Source of the DNA: Bacteroidota bacterium
GTDB taxonomy: Bacteria; Bacteroidota; Bacteroidia; Bacteroidales; UBA7960
Length of the DNA stretch: 64,000 nucleotides
Reading direction: 5' to 3'
Assembly: GCA_037441525.1 (NCBI GenBank)
Contig: JBBISA010000001.1
Coordinates: 251,520 to 315,519 of the forward strand
The notes beneath the pieces are model-generated. The model saw only the letters and a program-made list of their open reading frames with translations, did no database searches and was not told where the DNA came from. A program made the translations under genes and the position numbers. This document shows positions 59,328 to 64,000 of this stretch, in pieces. Positions within the stretch are counted from its first letter, which is position 1. Each line of letters starts with the position of its first letter.

Positions 59328-60653
59328 ATGGCAAACTTTGAAATCGTGATGCCCAAGATGGGCGAAAGTATTACCGAAGCAACAATTACCAAATGGCTTA
59401 AGCAGGTTGGTGATCCTGTTGGAGAGGATGAAGCATTGGCAGAAATTGCCACCGACAAGGTTGATTCTGAAATACCATCACCTGTGGAAGGAGTTTTGAA
59501 AGAAATATTCTTTCAGGAAGGAGATGTAGTAGAAGTGGGTAAAGTAATTGCTGTAATTAGGATGGATGGAGATGATGAAAATGATGCATCTGAAAAAACC
59601 ACTGAACCCAGCAAAAAGGAACAACCCGCACCCGCAGTTTCCGGAATCTCGGTAGCCCAACCGGTTGATGAAGGAGCAAAAGGATCGTCAGGCAGATTCT
59701 ACTCACCCCTTGTTAGAAATATTGCCAGAGAAGAAGGAATAACCATGCAGGAACTCGATACAGTTACAGGTACAGGAAAAGACGGCCGCCTTACAAAGGA
59801 AGACCTTCTCAACTATCTTAAAAACCGAAACAAGCCTTCCACTGCCAAAGTTGAATCCAAACCTGCACCCGTTGCTGATGCTCCCAAGGCAGATATGCCA
59901 AAGGCTTCAAAGGTAATACATGCTGTTGATGTTAAAACAGATGCAGGTGATGAGATTGTTGAGATGACCCGTTTGCGCAAACTCATAGTTGATCACATGG
60001 TAGCATCGGAAGATACCAGCGTGCATGTTACGTCCATAGCCGAATTTGATGTAACCAACCTGGTTAAATGGCGTGAAAAATACAAAACTCTTTTTGAAAA
60101 ACGCGAAGGAGAAAAGCTAACCTTCACACCCATTTTTATATGGGCTATCGCCAAGGCACTTAAGGATTATCCTATGGTCAACGCCAGTGTTAGCGGCGAT
60201 AAGATAATCCTGCGCAAAAACATCAATATAGGTATGGCCGCAGCCCTGCCTGATGGTAATCTCATTGTTCCGGTTATTAAAAATGCCGACCACATGAGCC
60301 TGGTTGGGCTTGCAAAAAGCGTAAACGACCTGGCCGCCAGAGCCAGAACCAATAAACTTACACCCGACGAAATTCAGGGTGGCACTTTTACCCTTACCAA
60401 CCTGGGAACATTTGATACTTTGTTCGCCACACCTATTATCAATCAGCCTCAAGTTGCAATTCTGGGTACCGGTGCTATCAAGAAAAAACCTGTGGTATTG
60501 GAATCTGAGCATGGCGATACTATTGCCATCAGAAGCATGATTTACCTCTCCCTTTCATACGACCACCGGATTATTGACGGCGCCTTGGGTGGAATGGTTC
60601 AAAAACGCATTGGTGATTACCTCCAGAACTGGGATATTAACCAAACCGTATAG
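59328..60653 (+). CDS. Dihydrolipoamide acyltransferase (E2 component of a 2-oxoacid dehydrogenase complex)
   Basis: 441 aa. Lipoyl motif EIATDKVDSEIPSP, an Ala/Pro-rich linker, the subunit-binding segment SPLVRNIAREEGI and the catalytic motif LSYDHRIIDGA. Confidence 0.9.
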   Translation: MANFEIVMPKMGESITEATITKWLKQVGDPVGEDEALAEIATDKVDSEIPSPVEGVLKEIFFQEGDVVEVGKVIAVIRMDGDDENDASEKTTEPSKKEQPAPAVSGISVAQPVDEGAKGSSGRFYSPLVRNIAREEGITMQELDTVTGTGKDGRLTKEDLLNYLKNRNKPSTAKVESKPAPVADAPKADMPKASKVIHAVDVKTDAGDEIVEMTRLRKLIVDHMVASEDTSVHVTSIAEFDVTNLVKWREKYKTLFEKREGEKLTFTPIFIWAIAKALKDYPMVNASVSGDKIILRKNINIGMAAALPDGNLIVPVIKNADHMSLVGLAKSVNDLAARARTNKLTPDEIQGGTFTLTNLGTFDTLFATPIINQPQVAILGTGAIKKKPVVLESEHGDTIAIRSMIYLSLSYDHRIIDGALGGMVQKRIGDYLQNWDINQTV

Positions 60654-60683
60654 TTAGTTTCCTGGTAGCTTTTTACAATTATT

Positions 60684-60740
60684 GCCCCGGTTGCAAAACA
60701 ACTTAATTGATGATGTAACCGGGGCTTTGTTTTTTATTTT
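60684..60740 (+). terminator. Terminator after the E2 gene
   Basis: 9-bp stem GCCCCGGTT (60684-60692) / AACCGGGGC (60717-60725), 24-nt loop, then TTTGTTTTTTATTTT. Confidence 0.6.
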
Positions 60741-60785
60741 GCTACCTTCGCAGGGTTAATAAAAACCAATAAAAGCTATTAATAC

Positions 60786-61613
60786 ATGCAATTAAACCTT
60801 AAGCGTCCACTGGCTTTTTTTGATATTGAGAGTACTGGCACCAACGTTGTTAAAGACCGAATAGTTGAGATTTGTATTTTTAAGGTAATGCCCAATGGCT
60901 CCCCGGAAGTAAAATTAAGGCGGATCAACCCTGGCATTCCCATCCCGCCCGAAGTTACTGCCATTCATGGCATCTCAGATGCCGACGTTGCCAACGAACC
61001 CACTTTTAAGCAACTTGCCCGATCGCTCAATGAACTCTTAAAAGACTGCGACCTGGCCGGATACAACTCCAATAAGTTCGATATACCTATGCTGATTGAA
61101 GAGTTTCTGCGGTGCGATATCGACTTCAACCTTAAAAACCGAAACCTTATCGATGTGCAGAATATTTTTCACAAAATGGAACCACGCACACTAAAGGCGG
61201 CTTATAAGTTTTATTGTAACAAAGAACTTGTTGACGCCCATACTGCCGAAGCCGATACCCGAGCCACCTACGAAATTTTACTTTCGCAAATAGACCGTTA
61301 TAAGGAAGCCGAATATATCGACAACGACGGCAAAGTTTCCATTCCCGTTCAGAATAATATGGAAGCCCTTTACCAGTTTTCATACAACCATCGCAATGCC
61401 GACCTGGTGGGTCATATTATATTTAACTATGCTGGCGAAGAAACCTTCAATTTTGGTAAACACAAAGGGAAAACGGTTGAAGAAGTATTTGCCAAAGAAC
61501 CACAGTACTATGACTGGATGATGAATGCCGAATTTCCCCTTTCCACCAAAAATGTAATTAAGAATGTAAAATTCAGAGCACTGGAAAATTCAAATATGAT
61601 TATTAAAAAATAG
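60786..61613 (+). CDS. DEDDh-type 3'-5' exonuclease (DnaQ/epsilon-like) with a C-terminal extension
   Basis: 275 aa. Exo I FFDIESTGTN, Exo II GYNSNKFDIPML and Exo III HTAEADTRATY. Confidence 0.85.
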   Translation: MQLNLKRPLAFFDIESTGTNVVKDRIVEICIFKVMPNGSPEVKLRRINPGIPIPPEVTAIHGISDADVANEPTFKQLARSLNELLKDCDLAGYNSNKFDIPMLIEEFLRCDIDFNLKNRNLIDVQNIFHKMEPRTLKAAYKFYCNKELVDAHTAEADTRATYEILLSQIDRYKEAEYIDNDGKVSIPVQNNMEALYQFSYNHRNADLVGHIIFNYAGEETFNFGKHKGKTVEEVFAKEPQYYDWMMNAEFPLSTKNVIKNVKFRALENSNMIIKK

Positions 61614-61668
61614 TTCCCAGATGTTCCTGTTGCGCTATATTTAAGCTATTTAACGAAAATAAATTTCC

Positions 61669-62280
61669 ATGAAAATAATATGCATAGGAAGAAATTATAT
61701 TGAACACGCTCATGAACTCAATAACCCTGTGCCGACAGAACCAGTCTTTTTCATGAAACCTGAAACTGCCCTTGTAAGAGAAGGTATGCCATTTTTTTAC
61801 CCCGACTTTTCTACCGATATCCATCATGAAGTAGAACTTGTTTTACGTATATGCAAGCTTGGAAAACATATAAGTGAGCGATTTGCTCACACTTACTACG
61901 ATGCCATTGGGATAGGTATCGACTTTACTGCCCGAGATATCCAGAACAAATGCAAAGAAAAAGGGCTGCCCTGGGAAATAGCCAAAGCATTTGATGGTTC
62001 TGCGCCATTGGGAGGTTTTATATCCAAAGAACAATTCAACGATTTACATGACATTAATTTTTCTCTAAAAAAAAATGGCGAAACGGTTCAAAAAGGTAAT
62101 TCAGGTATGATGATCTTTAATTTCGACAAAATCATAGAATACGTATCGAAATTTGTTACCTTAAAAATTGGAGACCTTATATATACAGGTACTCCGGCAG
62201 GTGTAGGCCCGGTTCAAAAAAACGATATCCTTGAAGCTTTTATTAACGAAAAAAAACTTCTCAGAATACCAGTAAAATAA
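61669..62280 (+). CDS. Fumarylacetoacetate hydrolase (FAH) family protein
   Basis: 203 aa. Motifs CIGRNYIEHA, HHEVELV and GDLIYTGTPAGVG. Confidence 0.85.
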   Translation: MKIICIGRNYIEHAHELNNPVPTEPVFFMKPETALVREGMPFFYPDFSTDIHHEVELVLRICKLGKHISERFAHTYYDAIGIGIDFTARDIQNKCKEKGLPWEIAKAFDGSAPLGGFISKEQFNDLHDINFSLKKNGETVQKGNSGMMIFNFDKIIEYVSKFVTLKIGDLIYTGTPAGVGPVQKNDILEAFINEKKLLRIPVK

Positions 62281-62415
62281 TCTGCTACGATTTGGATTTT
62301 AAGTGATTCATTGATGGTCATAAATTTAAAAAAATGGATATTTACAAGTCACAATTAACATATTGCTATAATTATCATTTATTGCAAATTTAATAAACCT
62401 AACCAATAAAATTTA

Positions 62416-62423
62416 TACTTTTG
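62416..62423 (+). promoter_or_regulatory. Candidate -7 box for the terminal sensor gene
   Basis: TACTTTTG lies 73 nt upstream of ATG 62496. Confidence 0.35.
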
Positions 62424-62495
62424 AGTGCCAATGGTTGATCAAATTGTTCAAACGTCAAATAATGACATAACCTGATTCAAAAAAACATTAGAACC

Positions 62496-64000
62496 ATGAG
62501 TGAAATTATCAAAAGGGAAAAAATTTCGAGATATGTCATAACAGGTATTATTTTAGGAGGTTTATTTCCTCTTATTTCGCTAATTATAGAAATTATCCGC
62601 AAAGGATTCCTTTTGAATGTCAGCAATTTCATTCAACTGCACACAGAAAATCCTGTTTTGTTATTTAGCTATTTTGCCCCGGTAATTCTTGGCTATTCGG
62701 CCTATATAATGGGCAAAAATATCCGAAAAAAGAATGACTTTATTGCACAAAACCTTGATTTTCAAAATAAAAGAGCACAAAAAATACTTGAATTTACCGA
62801 AAAACTTGCCACAGGACAAACAGCTGTTGTGTATGAAATTGACCAGGGAGATAAAATTGGCAGCTCCCTTATTAAATTGCGCGACTTTCTTCAGAAAAAC
62901 AAACAGGAAGAAGATGCCCGCCGCGAAATCGAACAACAACAGAATTGGGCCACTCAGGGCATGGCAAAGTTTGGAGAAATTCTCAGGCAGAACAATGATA
63001 ATCTGAATGAGCTTTCCTTCGATATTATCAGTAATCTGGTTAATTATGTAAATGCCCGCCAGGGTGGCATGTTTATTATAAACGACAGCAACCCCAACGA
63101 CAAGCATTTCGAACTTACCGCCTGCTATGCCTACAACCGCAAAAAGTTTCTCGAAAAACGCATTGAATGGGAAGAAGGACTTGTAGGCGCGTGTGCCCTG
63201 GAAATGCAAACAATTTTACTTACCGATGTTCCCGACGAACATGTAACAATAACCAGCGGTTTAGGAGAGGCCAAACCTGAATGTATTGTAATGGTGCCCC
63301 TTGTGGTGAACGATCAGGTGCATGGTGTTATTGAATTGGCAACCCTCAATCTTTTTCGCGATTTTGAAATCGATTTTCTTGAAAAAGTTGCTCAGAGCAT
63401 CGCATCTGTGCTCTCAGCTGTAAAAATCAATATGCAAACAGCACGCCTACTAAAAGAATCGCAGGATCAAGGCAAAATACTCGCCGCTCAGGAAGATGAG
63501 GTGCGCCGCAATATGGAAGAGTTGAGTTATGCCAAGGAAGAAGCTGCCAAACAAGGCGAATTACTGGCAAACTTTACAAGTGCGGTTAACCATACTCTGG
63601 TTAGAGCAGAATATAATACCCAGGGCATTCTGCTATATGCCAATACACGGTTTCTCACCAAACTTGGTTATTCAAGCAACAAAGAAGTTGAAGGAAAACA
63701 TATTTCTATTTTTATTCATGAAAAGGATAAAGAATGGTTCTTCCAGATATGGGATAAGCTCTCAAAAGGCGGAAAGCACTTCGAAGGCGATATGAAGCAT
63801 GTTACAAAGCAGGGAAAGGATTTCTGGTCAATGGCTACTTATACCTGTGTGAGAAACAGTGATGGTTCCATCGAAAAAATCCTTTTTCTGGGAATTGATA
63901 TCACCGAGCAGAAAAAACAAAACCTCGATTACGAAGCCCAGTTAGATGCGCTCAACAAGAATAATATCAAAATAGAGTATAATCCGGATGGCTCTATTCT
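62496..64000 (+). CDS. Membrane GAF-PAS sensor protein, N-terminal 501 codons (3' end outside window); not in the supplied ORF track
   Basis: I translated this frame by hand from ATG 62496 (MSEIIKREKISRYVITGIILGG...) to the window end and found no stop codon. It has 2 TM helices, a GAF domain (ACYAYNRKKFLEKRIEWEEGLVGACALE), a coiled coil and a PAS domain (GILLYANTRFLTKLGYSS). Its N-terminal ~330 aa is paralogous to that of the 14335 gene. Confidence 0.85.
   Translation, partial: MSEIIKREKISRYVITGIILGGLFPLISLIIEIIRKGFLLNVSNFIQLHTENPVLLFSYFAPVILGYSAYIMGKNIRKKNDFIAQNLDFQNKRAQKILEFTEKLATGQTAVVYEIDQGDKIGSSLIKLRDFLQKNKQEEDARREIEQQQNWATQGMAKFGEILRQNNDNLNELSFDIISNLVNYVNARQGGMFIINDSNPNDKHFELTACYAYNRKKFLEKRIEWEEGLVGACALEMQTILLTDVPDEHVTITSGLGEAKPECIVMVPLVVNDQVHGVIELATLNLFRDFEIDFLEKVAQSIASVLSAVKINMQTARLLKESQDQGKILAAQEDEVRRNMEELSYAKEEAAKQGELLANFTSAVNHTLVRAEYNTQGILLYANTRFLTKLGYSSNKEVEGKHISIFIHEKDKEWFFQIWDKLSKGGKHFEGDMKHVTKQGKDFWSMATYTCVRNSDGSIEKILFLGIDITEQKKQNLDYEAQLDALNKNNIKIEYNPDGSI

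Noticed and set aside
62661-63209. 182-aa minus-strand ORF, plus the + ORFs 62734..63006 and 63529..63795
   Set aside because: All three lie inside the long uninterrupted + frame starting at 62496, which has clear GAF/PAS motifs. Their translations are low-complexity (F/K/I-rich) with no motifs, so they are shadow ORFs.

Overview
This 64-kb chromosomal window reads like an anaerobic member of the Bacteroidota. That placement is an inference from TAnnTTTG-type -7 promoter boxes, a fused SecDF, OmpA/TPR/porin-like outer-membrane proteins, and PFOR plus a four-subunit 2-oxoacid:ferredoxin oxidoreductase. I call 43 protein-coding genes, one pseudogene (the H+-pyrophosphatase hppA, with several frameshifts), about ten hairpin terminators and several candidate promoters. 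I found no rRNA, tRNA, CRISPR array, transposase, integrase or phage gene. Housekeeping genes are gyrB, an SNF2-family helicase, glutathione peroxidase, a cysQ-like phosphatase, a NadR-type kinase-like ATPase with an EamA transporter, ilvE, pyrF, prfA, purM, tatA, secDF, nifJ/PFOR, recR, a GT2 glycosyltransferase, a lipoyl E2 acyltransferase, a DEDDh exonuclease and an FAH-family hydrolase. The unusual part is a ~20-kb block (11.7-31.5 kb) of 14 co-directional genes with no metabolic content. It holds a stand-alone CheR and a receiver-less CheB, GAF membrane proteins and a SiaA/SiaB/SiaC-like phosphatase/kinase/DUF1987 partner switch. These are followed directly by a TerB-fused ABC exporter and two secreted proteins. 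Next come a kinase-less CheB-CheR-PAS giant, two single-domain receivers, a receiver-adenylate cyclase and one hybrid histidine kinase. My best candidate for an undescribed system is the Sia-like switch, which has no diguanylate cyclase and sits against the TerB-ABC transporter (14335-22660). One real gene (62496 to the window end) is missing from the supplied ORF track because it has no stop codon inside the window. All domain calls were made by eye from motifs; no searches or computations were run.
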